From IMG/VR virus record IMGVR_UViG_3300045988_137804, positions 1 to 64,000 of that record: a DNA stretch of 64,000 nt; one strand, given 5' to 3'. Source of the stretch: a virus. Positions within the stretch are counted from its first letter, which is position 1; each line of letters begins with the position of its first letter. The notes below the pieces were generated by a model that was not told the DNA's origin, made no database searches, and saw only the letters and a program-made list of their open reading frames with translations. Position numbers and translations under genes: made by a program. Positions 26,240-36,615 of the stretch are shown here, piece by piece.

Positions 26240-26932
26240 ATGGGAACAGTAATAATTACAAAAGACACAACAAAATATCCTATCACAATGATTGGAAGAT
26301 ATGCAGGTGTATGTTGGGGAGCAAATACATCAGACAATGAAAAAAATTACAAACGTGGTTTGGATTGCATTGAAAGTGAACACGGAAGGACATGGGAGTT
26401 TCCAGATGTATATGCAATTATTGATGGATATTCAGCCAAGGTTTTGCGTGAATGGTATACACATGTAGGAGGTTTGCCAACCAGATTACAAGCATCTACG
26501 AGATATATCAATTATTCTAAGGGTGAAGGATTTAAATATGTAACTCCACCTACAATTGCAAATAATAATGATGCGTTGGCAGAGTGGTCATCAATGATGA
26601 GTAATATTAATGATATGATTAGCAAATTTATCAATGTATATAATATTCCGGTCGAAGATGCGACAATGGCACTACCTATAGCATATCAAAGTAAAATGGT
26701 AGACAAACGTAATTTTAGAAACGTTGTAGATATGTCAAATCAGAGAACTTGTACAAGAGCATATTGGGAATATAGAAATCAGTTAATGAAAGATTACCTT
26801 CATGCATTAAGAGAATATTCAGAAGAGTGGAAGACATTAATAGATATGAAATGCAAACCAAAATGTGAGAAAACAGGATTCTGTACAGAAAAGAAGACAT
26901 GTGAAAGAAAACCAAAAAGAGACGAAAAATAG
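26240..26932 (+). CDS. thyX: ThyX-like flavin-dependent thymidylate synthase (divergent; an in-frame N-terminal extension back to 26087 is possible)
   Basis: ESEHGRTWEF..., LQASTRY (SxRY of the ThyX motif) and TRAYWEYR. The usual RHR is replaced by THV. Confidence 0.65.
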   Translation: MGTVIITKDTTKYPITMIGRYAGVCWGANTSDNEKNYKRGLDCIESEHGRTWEFPDVYAIIDGYSAKVLREWYTHVGGLPTRLQASTRYINYSKGEGFKYVTPPTIANNNDALAEWSSMMSNINDMISKFINVYNIPVEDATMALPIAYQSKMVDKRNFRNVVDMSNQRTCTRAYWEYRNQLMKDYLHALREYSEEWKTLIDMKCKPKCEKTGFCTEKKTCERKPKRDEK

Positions 26933-26945
26933 GAGAGTATTTATT

Positions 26946-27125
26946 ATGAATAAAAATATCGAAAAAGAAATTTTAAACAATCAAAAAGTAATTATGAGAG
27001 TATTACGCACAATTACGTCAGAAAAATACAATAATAACGATAATTCTAAATTGGATTATGACCTGCTCGAATACAGAATTGGGAAAACAGGTGAACTTTT
27101 AAGAACCTTGGAGGATGAAAATTAA
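26946..27125 (+). CDS. hypothetical protein
   Basis: ATG after TAGGAGAG. 59 aa. Confidence 0.45.
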   Translation: MNKNIEKEILNNQKVIMRVLRTITSEKYNNNDNSKLDYDLLEYRIGKTGELLRTLEDEN

Positions 27126-27331
27126 TGAGAGATCCGAATAGAACATATCCATTTTGCAGAGAATTAGCAACAATTTGGAGTGAAAAATATCCTGACTTAA
27201 GATTTGGTCAGCTTATGTATAACTTCATTGTTTGGTGCAGCAATACAAAGAAGCGTGATATTTTCTTTCCAGAAGAAAAAGAATTTATGGAACTGTTTAA
27301 AGAATTTTGTGGAGTTGAAGAAGGAGAATAA
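27125..27331 (+). CDS. hypothetical protein
   Basis: TAATG overlap, GGAGG RBS. Confidence 0.5.
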   Translation: MRDPNRTYPFCRELATIWSEKYPDLRFGQLMYNFIVWCSNTKKRDIFFPEEKEFMELFKEFCGVEEGE

Positions 27332-27334
27332 AGA

Positions 27335-27832
27335 ATGAACACATTAATGGGTTATTTATTACAACCAGACACAGTGATTTTCTTTGATGTGGACGGAGTA
27401 TTAGCACCGTATGAATTTGGTGTTAATAAACATTGTATTGATGACGAAGAATGGGATAGAAAAATGACAGCAGGAGAAGACATGTATTCTACGGTATCTC
27501 CAATTAGATTGTTCCAAAATTTTATTGAAAGAAAAGGAACAGATAATGTATATGTTTGCTCTAAAGCATCGACAGAAGAGTATGCGTCCAAAATGAAATT
27601 CTGCCAAGATGGATATGGTATTCCATCTGACCACATTTTTCTAGTTGCTTCTAAAAAGGAAAAGCTTGATATCCTGAGAAGTTTTTCAGTTGCTCTTGGT
27701 ATTCCAGAAGAAAAGATTGCAATGGTAGAGGATACAGTAGAAACGCTTGATATGATTTTTAATAATACAAATTGTGCAACAGTACATGTATCTTCGTTCC
27801 TTGATTATAATGATGAGGTAATTTATGAATAA
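27335..27832 (+). CDS. HAD-superfamily hydrolase (nucleotidase-like)
   Basis: HAD motif I FFDVDGVL. Confidence 0.5.
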   Translation: MNTLMGYLLQPDTVIFFDVDGVLAPYEFGVNKHCIDDEEWDRKMTAGEDMYSTVSPIRLFQNFIERKGTDNVYVCSKASTEEYASKMKFCQDGYGIPSDHIFLVASKKEKLDILRSFSVALGIPEEKIAMVEDTVETLDMIFNNTNCATVHVSSFLDYNDEVIYE

Positions 27833-29780
27833 AGTAGATAGAATTAAAGAATTAATTTCAACACTCAACAAAGCATCAGACGCTTATTATAACAGTGGTA
27901 ATCCTATTATGACAGATTATGAATGGGATAACTTATATGATGAGCTTGCGAAATTAGAGAGAGAAACAGGTGTTGTTTATCTTAATAGTCCTACGCAACA
28001 GGTTGGATATGAGGTTAAAACAAAACTTGAAAAAGTAACTCATTCACATCCAATGCTTTCTCTTGGGAAAACAAAGTCTGTTAATGATTTAGTGAAATTT
28101 TCCAATGGGAGAGATTGTATTATTTCTCTTAAAATGGATGGTCTTACGGTTTTAAATACATATGAAGATGGCAAATTGACCCAAAGTGAGACTAGGGGGA
28201 ATGGTGAGGTTGGTGAATTGATTACTCACAACGCCAAAGTATTTGATAATTTACCTGTATCTATTGATATGGATAAGAAGTTTGAGATTGAGGGAGAAGC
28301 AATTATCACAAAAGAAGACTTCCACAATATTAATTTAAAACTTAAAAATGGTGAGAAATATAAGAACCCTCGTAACTTGGCAAGCGGATCAGTTAGACAG
28401 TTAGATAGTAAAATTACAAAAGACCGTCATGTAAAATTTATTGCTTGGAAGATTCCTCATGGATTTACAAGATTTACAGATGGTTTCAAATTTGCAGAAG
28501 AATTAGGCTTTGATGTTGTGCCTTATTCAAAATATAACAGTAAAACAGATGATATTAATGTAATTGTTGAATATCTAAAAGACCTTGCAGACGTAAAAGG
28601 TTATCCGATTGATGGTCTTGTTATTACATATGATAATGTAGAATATGGCAAATCACTTGGTAACACGGGACACCATCCTAGACATTCGTTGGCGTTCAAA
28701 TTTTATGATGAAGAAGAAGTTACCATATTAAAAGATATTGAATGGGGAATGGGTAAAACAGGACAGCTCACGCCAGTAGCAATTTTCGATGACGTAGAAA
28801 TTGATGGTACAACAGTTAATAGAGCATCACTCCATAATGTTTCCATTCTTAAAGAACTGCAACTTGGTATTGGGGATAAGATTACAGTATATAAAGCCAA
28901 TCAGATAATTCCTCAGCTACGAGAAAATCTTACAAAAAGCAATACAATCACAATCCCATCAACCTGTCCTATTTGTGGAAAACCTACAAAGATTGTAAAA
29001 GATAACGATTCAGAAGTTCTTATGTGTACGAATGATAACTGTGCAGGTAAACTTCTTGGTAAACTTTGTCATGCAGTTAGCAAAAATGCATTGAATATTG
29101 ATGGTTTATCTGAAGCAACAATTCAGAAATTCATTGACCTTGGCTGGTTAAAATCAATCAGAGATATCTATTACCTGCATCTTCATAAGATGGACATGTA
29201 TAAACTCGAAGGATTTGGTAAGAAGTCAGTAGATAAACTTCTTAAATCAATTGAAGAAAGTAGAAATACAGACTTAGTTAGATACATTTATGCACAATCA
29301 ATTCCTTTAATTGGACACACTGCAAGTAAAGCAATTTCTAGAGTGTGTAATGGAGATTTTGACATATTTTTAATGCGTATGTCTGGAATGGAGGATTATA
29401 ATTTTTCATCAATAGATGGCTTTGGGACAGAAATGGTCAAATCACTTAGTAGTTGGTGGGATAAAAATGCTTGGCAATTTACAGATACTGGTCACAACGA
29501 ATTTACATTTAAGAAGAAAGAAACAGTTAATGTATCAGGAACAGATTTAACAGGAAAAGTATTCGTAATCACCGGAAGCCTTAGTCAATTCAGAAATCGT
29601 GATGAGTTAAAAGAAGTGATTGAGAGTCTTGGTGGTAAAGTTTCTGGATCAGTAAGTACCAAAACAGCAGCTTTAATTAACAACGATATTGAATCTTCAA
29701 GTAGTAAGAATAAGAAAGCAAAAAGTCTTGGTATTCCGATTCTTACAGAGAATATGTTTATGGAGAAATATCTAAGATAA
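27825..29780 (+). CDS. ligA: NAD-dependent DNA ligase
   Basis: Adenylation lysine LKMDG, OB and zinc-finger region (CPICG...C), HhH repeats, C-terminal BRCT (FVITGSL...). Confidence 0.9.
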   Translation: MNKVDRIKELISTLNKASDAYYNSGNPIMTDYEWDNLYDELAKLERETGVVYLNSPTQQVGYEVKTKLEKVTHSHPMLSLGKTKSVNDLVKFSNGRDCIISLKMDGLTVLNTYEDGKLTQSETRGNGEVGELITHNAKVFDNLPVSIDMDKKFEIEGEAIITKEDFHNINLKLKNGEKYKNPRNLASGSVRQLDSKITKDRHVKFIAWKIPHGFTRFTDGFKFAEELGFDVVPYSKYNSKTDDINVIVEYLKDLADVKGYPIDGLVITYDNVEYGKSLGNTGHHPRHSLAFKFYDEEEVTILKDIEWGMGKTGQLTPVAIFDDVEIDGTTVNRASLHNVSILKELQLGIGDKITVYKANQIIPQLRENLTKSNTITIPSTCPICGKPTKIVKDNDSEVLMCTNDNCAGKLLGKLCHAVSKNALNIDGLSEATIQKFIDLGWLKSIRDIYYLHLHKMDMYKLEGFGKKSVDKLLKSIEESRNTDLVRYIYAQSIPLIGHTASKAISRVCNGDFDIFLMRMSGMEDYNFSSIDGFGTEMVKSLSSWWDKNAWQFTDTGHNEFTFKKKETVNVSGTDLTGKVFVITGSLSQFRNRDELKEVIESLGGKVSGSVSTKTAALINNDIESSSSKNKKAKSLGIPILTENMFMEKYLR

Positions 29781-29793
29781 GGAGAACAAGAAT

Positions 29794-29997
29794 ATGATAG
29801 AAACTATGATCGTATTTTTTCTATTTCTATTTATAAATTCATTTGTAATTTCTATATTCTTTTCAGGAATTAGTGGTCTATCATTATGTAGGCGTATATT
29901 ATATTCCTTATTACTTGCTTTAGTACTTTCCGGTTTATTAACATTTTCAACTTTAGCTGTTTACTTTATAGATACAGGAGTGAATTTATTAATATGA
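29794..29997 (+). CDS. small membrane protein
   Basis: Two hydrophobic helices. AAGGAG RBS. Confidence 0.5.
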   Translation: MIETMIVFFLFLFINSFVISIFFSGISGLSLCRRILYSLLLALVLSGLLTFSTLAVYFIDTGVNLLI

Positions 29998-30545
29998 TTT
30001 ATGTATTACTTGGCAAAACAGCCAGTGGTAAGGACACCATAGCTTCAAAACTGGCTAAAAAAGGACTTAAACGGGTTGTAACTTACACAACCCGTCCACC
30101 AAGAAAAGGTGAAAAAGATGGCGAGAATTATCATTTTATCACTAACGATGAATTTGAAGGATTGATTCAAAGCGGATTTTTCGCAGAGTGGAGGTCTTAC
30201 GACACTGTAGATGGTGTTTGGTATTATGGATCGTCAATAGATAGCTATGATACAGATGAAGATAGAATTATAATTTTGAACCCTGATGGGTTTCATCAAA
30301 TCAAAAAAATCTTAGAACCTGAAAAGGTCAAATCAATTTATGTATATTCAAACATAAAAACAATCAGAAATAGATTAAAAAAACGTGGAGACAAGAAAGA
30401 AGAAGCTGAAAGACGTATTGAACACGACTTAATTGACTTCAAAGGTCTTGAAAATGAAGTAGATAAGATTATGTATAACAACGAAGATGATAATCTCGAT
30501 GACGTAGTTCAAAAAATTCTTTCTTATATAACAGAGAATAAGTAA
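29994..30545 (+). CDS. gmk: guanylate kinase-like nucleotide kinase
   Basis: P-loop GKTASGKDT and the Gmk signature TTRPPRKGEKDGENYHF. Confidence 0.8.
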   Translation: MIYVLLGKTASGKDTIASKLAKKGLKRVVTYTTRPPRKGEKDGENYHFITNDEFEGLIQSGFFAEWRSYDTVDGVWYYGSSIDSYDTDEDRIIILNPDGFHQIKKILEPEKVKSIYVYSNIKTIRNRLKKRGDKKEEAERRIEHDLIDFKGLENEVDKIMYNNEDDNLDDVVQKILSYITENK

Positions 30546-30561
30546 GTGGAGGATTAGTTAA

Positions 30562-30756
30562 TTGGTATCAACGACAGCACAATTAGCTAGAGACTTGCAT
30601 AATTTAGGTGACAATTTTGTAATTGCAGTGGATGAAGATGGTGTGGAATACATCATCGATTCCATTGGCAAAGCGTGTAGACATTATGATAACCCATACG
30701 AATATTGTTTAGCACTTAAGTTAAAAAGAGCAAGTTCTGGCTGTATTAAAAGATAG
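30562..30756 (+). CDS. hypothetical protein
   Basis: TTG start after GTGGAGG. Confidence 0.4.
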   Translation: MVSTTAQLARDLHNLGDNFVIAVDEDGVEYIIDSIGKACRHYDNPYEYCLALKLKRASSGCIKR

Positions 30757-30768
30757 GAGAATATAGAA

Positions 30769-31002
30769 ATGTATATTAATTTTGCAACAGTTAATGACGT
30801 AGCATTATTTACAACAACGTGTGATAAATATGATGAAGATATAGATATCTACTTTGGTCACATGTGTTTTGATGCAAAATCTCTTGGAGCTAATATGAAT
30901 CTAATTGGCAAAGATGCAAAAGTTGTTATTCATACAGATGATGAGTCTGTGGAGAATAAATTTAAAGAGGATGTAAATTTGTGGATTGTAAAGAAAGGGT
31001 GA
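30769..31002 (+). CDS. HPr-like fold protein, paralog 1
   Basis: CDKYDEDIDIYFGHMCFDAKSLGANMNLIGKDAKVVIHTDD aligns by eye with the HPr core (..vnaKSimgvmsLg...g..i.i.a.G.de). The His15 region is not conserved. Confidence 0.4.
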   Translation: MYINFATVNDVALFTTTCDKYDEDIDIYFGHMCFDAKSLGANMNLIGKDAKVVIHTDDESVENKFKEDVNLWIVKKG

Positions 31003-31008
31003 TTAAAG

Positions 31009-31248
31009 ATGTGGATTCTATTGAACGACACAACTGAATTAGTTGCATTTAGGAATGGTGCAAGGTTCTTTGATGGAACAATTGAAGTGCAGCAGGGCAG
31101 ATATATTATTGATGCCAAAAGTACACTTGGTCTGTTTAGCTTGGATCTTTCAAAGCCTGTAGATGTGACCATCACATGTGATAGTGAGAGAGTAAAAAAT
31201 AATTTCTATGATTATGTCAAGAAGTGGAGAGCAGAAGATGGCATTTAG
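31009..31248 (+). CDS. HPr-like fold protein, paralog 2
   Basis: ARFFDGTIEVQQGRYIIDAKSTLGLFSLDLSKPVDVTITCD. Same pattern as the neighbouring gene. Confidence 0.4.
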   Translation: MWILLNDTTELVAFRNGARFFDGTIEVQQGRYIIDAKSTLGLFSLDLSKPVDVTITCDSERVKNNFYDYVKKWRAEDGI

Positions 31249-31603
31249 GTATTCTGCATACAATACAACAATTTTCAATTGTCCATGTAAATGCTGTTTG
31301 ACGTGGGAAGAATGTAGCGTTACACAACCATCAAAATGTCAAAGAATATTGGATAATTATGTGGACTACTACGAAAGTAAAAAGAAAATAACTAATAAAA
31401 CAAGATATTCCGAAACAAAGAAATCTAAAGCTATCCGTGAAAAACTTGAGAAAGATTCAAATGACATTGAGAAGTTAATTCTGCAATTGTCAAAAGATGG
31501 ATGTAAAAACGACAATAACGAACTTGTTTTTCTCACATCCAGGTATTCATACATAAAAGAATTGCTTAAAAAATATTGGAAAGATGGTGAGAAAAATGAA
31601 TAA
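31238..31603 (+). CDS. hypothetical cysteine-rich/basic protein
   Basis: ATG at 31238 after GGAGAG. Confidence 0.45.
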   Translation: MAFRYSAYNTTIFNCPCKCCLTWEECSVTQPSKCQRILDNYVDYYESKKKITNKTRYSETKKSKAIREKLEKDSNDIEKLILQLSKDGCKNDNNELVFLTSRYSYIKELLKKYWKDGEKNE

Positions 31604-32192
31604 ACCTAAACTATTTTTAGATTTTGACAACACAATCGTAGATACAATCGCAGCAGTTGTGTCTCTATACAATGAAGATTACGCATCTAATGAAGGCTTT
31701 GTTCAGATTAATCCTGAAGATGTAACAAGTTGGGAGTTTACCGAATGTAATCTTGCTACATATGAAGAGATTGACAGATATTTTGGTGATGAAAGATTCT
31801 TCCAAAGAGTCAAATTGTATCCAAGTGCAGGTCAAGTCTTACGATCGTTATCCCATAGATATGATATCACTATTGTCTCACATGGGTATGCTAACAATTT
31901 GAGACTGAAAGAAAAATGGGTAAAAGATAATTTGTTTAAAGAAATCTTCGATAGTAGTTGCAATGCTGAATTTGTTGGTGTTGATTGGGAAACACATAAC
32001 GACAAATCTCATGTAGACATGTCTAATTCTATTTTCGTAGATGATTCTATCAGAAATCTCGAAACAAGTAGTGCAAAATATAAAATCTTATATGGAGAAT
32101 ATATGGATTGGAATAATACAAATATTGAGTTCATTCGATGCAAGAATTGGCTCGATTTGAACAATCAGATTTGTCTGATCGAAAGATTTTAA
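31596..32192 (+). CDS. HAD-type 5'(3')-deoxyribonucleotidase-like protein
   Basis: HAD motif I LFLDFDNTIVDT. Size and layout resemble NT5C-family enzymes. Confidence 0.5.
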   Translation: MNKPKLFLDFDNTIVDTIAAVVSLYNEDYASNEGFVQINPEDVTSWEFTECNLATYEEIDRYFGDERFFQRVKLYPSAGQVLRSLSHRYDITIVSHGYANNLRLKEKWVKDNLFKEIFDSSCNAEFVGVDWETHNDKSHVDMSNSIFVDDSIRNLETSSAKYKILYGEYMDWNNTNIEFIRCKNWLDLNNQICLIERF

Positions 32193-32206
32193 GGAGGTAT
32201 CTGAAA

Positions 32207-32383
32207 ATGGTAGTAACTAATTTTTTATGTTTTTTAGTTGGTGCAGTTATTGGAGTCATAATGACGTGTTTTTGTAATGTTAATTACGATGATTCTCGTG
32301 AAAGAGAATGGAATGAATGGAAAAGTGATATGGAAGAATTCGAACTTGATGAAGATTTGAAAGAAACAAAGGAGGATAAGTAA
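32207..32383 (+). CDS. small membrane protein
   Basis: AAGGAGG RBS. One TM helix then an acidic tail. Confidence 0.5.
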   Translation: MVVTNFLCFLVGAVIGVIMTCFCNVNYDDSREREWNEWKSDMEEFELDEDLKETKEDK

Positions 32384-32385
32384 TA

Positions 32386-35300
32386 ATGGTAAGAGTTATT
32401 AAAAGAGATTGCTCTGAAGTTGATTTTGATAAGAATAAAATTTCAACGGCAATCTTAAAGGCTATGAAAAATGGTAGCGGAATTGTTAAACCCAAAATTG
32501 CGGAATCTATTGCAGATGAGATTGAAAAGGAATGTAAGGATCGAGAAGAGATTGATATTTCTGAAATTGAAGCAATGGTATTTGACAAGCTGATTACCAA
32601 AAAACAGAGACTTACTGCAAGAGCATATGAAGGTTATAGAAGTACAAGAGAATTCCAGAGAGAGAATGAGAATACTGTTGACGAGGAAATTCTTGGAATT
32701 GTAGAAGCAAACAACGAAGAATGGAAAGATGAAAATGCGAATAAAAATCCAGCATTAAACCCTACAATTCGTGATTATATTGCTGGATCTGTAAGTAAAG
32801 ACGCAACAAAAAGATTTTTATTATCTCCAGAAATTATTCAGAGTCATTTAGAAGGAATTATTCATTTCCATGATTCAGATTACTTTATTCAACATATGCA
32901 TAACTGCGGATTAGTAAATCTTGAAGATATGCTTCAGAATGGTACTGTTATTAGTGAAACAATGATTGAAAAGCCACATAGTTTTTCTACAGCATGTACC
33001 GTGACTACTCAGATCATTGCTCAAGTTGCATCTAGTCAGTATGGTGGACAGAGTATCTCACTTGCACATCTGGCACCGTTTGTGGATGTTTCCAGAGAGA
33101 AGATCCGTAAGGAAGTGATCAGCGAGCAGGAACTGGTCGGAATGGAATATCCGGAAGATGTGCTCAATGAGATCGTAGAGAGAAGACTGAAAAAAGAGAT
33201 TACAAAAGGTGTTCAAACAATTCAGTACCAGTTAATCACACTTATGACAACAAATGGGCAAGCACCGTTCATCACAATTTTTATGTATCTGAATGAAGCA
33301 AAGAATGAGAGAGAAAAGAAAGACCTAGCGATGTTAATTGAAGAAATGTTACTTCAGAGAAAACTTGGTGTGAAAAATGAAGATGGTGTTTATATTGCAC
33401 CAGCATTTCCAAAACTCATTTATGTTCTTGAGGATGACAATTGTAACGAATCAACAGAATATTGGTATTTAACAGAACTTGCTGCCGAATGCACGTCAAA
33501 AAGATTAGTTCCAGATTACATCTCTGAAAAAGTAATGAAAGAACTTAAAGGTGATGTGTATACATGCATGGGATGTGTTGATGGAAAAGAACTTGTTACA
33601 TATACATATAACAATAATCTTTACGTTGAATCATTTGAAAGAATGTGGAATAGACTTTCTGATAGATTTGAAATAAAACATCAGTATAATGACAACAACC
33701 CAAATCTATATATGGATTTGAGCGATGTAGAAATCTATGACACAGACAAAGGATTTGTTAATACAGAGAGAATAATCAGAAATATATCAACCTCTTGGCT
33801 TGATGTTAATTTTTCCAACGGAAGAAGATTACTTTGTACAGAAGATCACCCACTTACATTAAGAGATGGAAGAACAATCCATGCATCTGAATTAAAATTA
33901 AAGGATAGAATTCTCATTAATTCACATCAGTATAATGAAGAAAATATTGTATTCAATGAAGACAAGGCGTGGTTGTTAGGTTTTATGCTTTGTGATGGAT
34001 GTTATCAAGGCTCTTTATTTTCTTCAATTGCAGCAGAAAATGAAGATGAAATTGCAGATAAGTTTTCAGAAACAATGAAGAAATATTTTGATCTCGATAT
34101 TGAAAAAAAATTACAGCAAAGAGGTAAGAAAGGAACATATTACGATTTGATTGCACATAGTCAGAATGAAAAAATATCTGTGTATTGTAATTATTTCGCT
34201 AAAAAATTCGAAGGTCTGAATAAGATTGATAGACATGTTCCTAATGAAGTATTTTCATGGAATTATTCGTCAAAACTTGCTTTCCTGGCAGGAATGATTG
34301 ATGCAGATGGGTACATTAATAGTTCTCAGAATAAAGGATTTTCTATAGTTCAAATTGGTTCTACAAACAAAGAACTTGCATTACAACAAATGGCACTTGC
34401 ACAGTCTTTAGGTATGCCAGCAAAGCTGTACCATAACCATTACAGTAAACGTAACCCAGAATTGATTAGATACAGAGTTGAGTTTTATCCAACAGATGAA
34501 CTAATTAATTATATTGTATGTAAAAAGAAATATGATAATTATATTGATTCAAATGTATCTAGTTATAATCATGAATCTGAAGTTACTGAAATCAACAAAA
34601 TTAATAAAAAAATGTTTTCTTACGATGTAACAACAACAAGTGAGCATTTTGAAATTAGCGGAATCTATAGTCATAATTGTAGGTCTTTTTTAACTGTTGA
34701 TAGATTTTCTGATAAAGTTGGAAACATTTCTAACGCTAAAAACTTTAATGGAAAACATAAATATTACGGAAGATTTAATCAGGGTGTTGTTACAATTAAT
34801 CTTCCAGATATTGCATTTTCATCTGATGGCGACATGGATAAGTTTTGGGGAATTTTCGAAGAAAGAACAGAATTATGCCATAAGGCTTTAAAGGCTAGAC
34901 ATAACCGTTTGCTTAAAACTTCTTCTGATATTGCACCAATCCTGTGGCAGAACGGAGCATATGCAAGACTTAAAAAACATGAACCAATTGACAAACTTTT
35001 ATTTGATGGATATTCAACGATTTCTCTTGGATATGCAGGACTTTATGAGTGTGTGAAATATATGACAGGAAAATCCCATACAGATGGTGATGTAGGAGAA
35101 AAGTTTGGATTGGAAGTAATGCAAGCATTAAATGATAAATGTAATCAGTGGAAAGAAGCTGAAAACATTGATTATAGTTTGTATGGCAGCCCAATCGAAA
35201 GCACTACGTATAAATTTGCAAAGTGCTTAAAAAATAGATTCGGTGATGATATTTTTATTAAACTTGATGGATTTGATAGAAATTATATTACAAATAGTTA

Positions 35301-35730
35301 TCACGTTCCTGTGTTTGAAAGAATTACAGCATTTGACAAATTTAAAATTGAATCAAAATTCCAAAACCTTAGTCCAGGAGGCGCAATTTCGTATTGTGAA
35401 ATCCCATCAATTAACGTAAATATTCCAGCATTATTGGAAGTAATTAAATTTATTTATGACAATATTATGTACGCAGAAATCAATACAAAAGATTGTTATT
35501 GCGAAGTGTGTGGATACGATGGAGACATTCCACTTATTGACGATGATAACGGTAAACTTGTATGGGAATGCCCTAATTGTGGCAACACAGATAATACAAA
35601 AATGGACATCGCATTTAGAGTTTGTGGTTATGTTGGTACTGCAAAAAATGGTGGAAACCAAGGAAGATATGGAGATATCCACGATAGAGTTTACCACATC
35701 GATGACTTTGAATACGAGGAAAATGAATAA
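32386..35730 (+). CDS. nrdD: anaerobic ribonucleoside-triphosphate reductase (class III), interrupted by an intein
   Basis: ATP-cone start VIKRDCSEVDFDKNKI, conserved MGC|RSFL site split by the intein, C-terminal zinc site CxxC...CPNC and glycyl-radical motif RVCGYVG. Confidence 0.9.
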   Translation: MVRVIKRDCSEVDFDKNKISTAILKAMKNGSGIVKPKIAESIADEIEKECKDREEIDISEIEAMVFDKLITKKQRLTARAYEGYRSTREFQRENENTVDEEILGIVEANNEEWKDENANKNPALNPTIRDYIAGSVSKDATKRFLLSPEIIQSHLEGIIHFHDSDYFIQHMHNCGLVNLEDMLQNGTVISETMIEKPHSFSTACTVTTQIIAQVASSQYGGQSISLAHLAPFVDVSREKIRKEVISEQELVGMEYPEDVLNEIVERRLKKEITKGVQTIQYQLITLMTTNGQAPFITIFMYLNEAKNEREKKDLAMLIEEMLLQRKLGVKNEDGVYIAPAFPKLIYVLEDDNCNESTEYWYLTELAAECTSKRLVPDYISEKVMKELKGDVYTCMGCVDGKELVTYTYNNNLYVESFERMWNRLSDRFEIKHQYNDNNPNLYMDLSDVEIYDTDKGFVNTERIIRNISTSWLDVNFSNGRRLLCTEDHPLTLRDGRTIHASELKLKDRILINSHQYNEENIVFNEDKAWLLGFMLCDGCYQGSLFSSIAAENEDEIADKFSETMKKYFDLDIEKKLQQRGKKGTYYDLIAHSQNEKISVYCNYFAKKFEGLNKIDRHVPNEVFSWNYSSKLAFLAGMIDADGYINSSQNKGFSIVQIGSTNKELALQQMALAQSLGMPAKLYHNHYSKRNPELIRYRVEFYPTDELINYIVCKKKYDNYIDSNVSSYNHESEVTEINKINKKMFSYDVTTTSEHFEISGIYSHNCRSFLTVDRFSDKVGNISNAKNFNGKHKYYGRFNQGVVTINLPDIAFSSDGDMDKFWGIFEERTELCHKALKARHNRLLKTSSDIAPILWQNGAYARLKKHEPIDKLLFDGYSTISLGYAGLYECVKYMTGKSHTDGDVGEKFGLEVMQALNDKCNQWKEAENIDYSLYGSPIESTTYKFAKCLKNRFGDDIFIKLDGFDRNYITNSYHVPVFERITAFDKFKIESKFQNLSPGGAISYCEIPSINVNIPALLEVIKFIYDNIMYAEINTKDCYCEVCGYDGDIPLIDDDNGKLVWECPNCGNTDNTKMDIAFRVCGYVGTAKNGGNQGRYGDIHDRVYHIDDFEYEENE
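33574..34677 (+). mobile_element. 368-aa intein with a LAGLIDADG homing endonuclease inside nrdD
   Basis: Starts at Cys (CVDGKELVT) right after YTCMG. Block B TEDHP. Two LAGLIDADG motifs (LLGFMLCDGC, LAGMIDADGYI). Ends ...IYSHN followed by the +1 Cys of CRSFL. Confidence 0.85.
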
Positions 35731-36275
35731 TGAAATATAACTCAATTAGATACATGGACATCAGTAATGGAGAGGGCGTTGGAGTCGCCCTTTTCGTACA
35801 AGGCTGCAATTTCCATTGTCCTTCTTGTTTTAACCAAGATACTTGGGACTTCAATGGTGGCAAAGAATGGACAGAAAAAACTAAAGAAACATTTCTTAAA
35901 TTAGCAGATAAACCATACATAAAAAGAGTTTCATTTCTTGGTGGAGAATGTTTAGCAAATGAAAATCTTGAAGGAGTTTATGATGTTATCAAAGATGTAA
36001 ACGAATTATTTCCTGATAAAAAGATATGGATGTATACAGGCTATACTTGGGAATCTATTTTTAATCCAATTGTGACTGACAATCTTGATCTGGAAAGAGA
36101 TAGACTTATTGAACTCAGAAAAATGATTGTTAAAATGACAGATGTTCTTATTGATGGACAATATATTCATGAACAAAGAGATATGAATTTAAAATTCCGT
36201 GGCAGCAAAAATCAGTGTGTTATTGATACAAAAAAATCTCTTGATCAGGGCAAAATAGTTCTATATCTTGATTAA
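35730..36275 (+). CDS. nrdG: anaerobic RNR activating protein (radical SAM)
   Basis: CNFHCPSCFN cluster motif. ATGA-type overlap with nrdD. Confidence 0.85.
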   Translation: MKYNSIRYMDISNGEGVGVALFVQGCNFHCPSCFNQDTWDFNGGKEWTEKTKETFLKLADKPYIKRVSFLGGECLANENLEGVYDVIKDVNELFPDKKIWMYTGYTWESIFNPIVTDNLDLERDRLIELRKMIVKMTDVLIDGQYIHEQRDMNLKFRGSKNQCVIDTKKSLDQGKIVLYLD

Positions 36276-36331
36276 TTAATTATAATGAGGACGCATTAAT
36301 TTGTGTCCTCTTAATTAAAAGGAGCAACAAA

Positions 36332-36604
36332 ATGAACGAAGAAATCAAACCAAAACAAGTTCTATATTATGCACAAATTCTTCCGACAGTTGGTATTTAT
36401 CATGTATTAGAAATGAAAGTAGCAACAGTCTATGATACTTATTTTGCAGTCACAGAAAAGCGTGATAAACATCGCTATTTGTTCAATTATGAAGATGTTG
36501 GTAGAACCATTTTCTTCAATAGAAGTGAGTGTTTAGAAAAAGTAAAATACGCTGAAGCTCATGGCAAAAAAGTAAGCAACGAAACATATTACGAAGAAGA
36601 TTAA
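36332..36604 (+). CDS. hypothetical protein
   Basis: AAAGGAG RBS, 90 aa. Confidence 0.5.
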   Translation: MNEEIKPKQVLYYAQILPTVGIYHVLEMKVATVYDTYFAVTEKRDKHRYLFNYEDVGRTIFFNRSECLEKVKYAEAHGKKVSNETYYEED

Positions 36605-36615
36605 GGTGATAAAAC

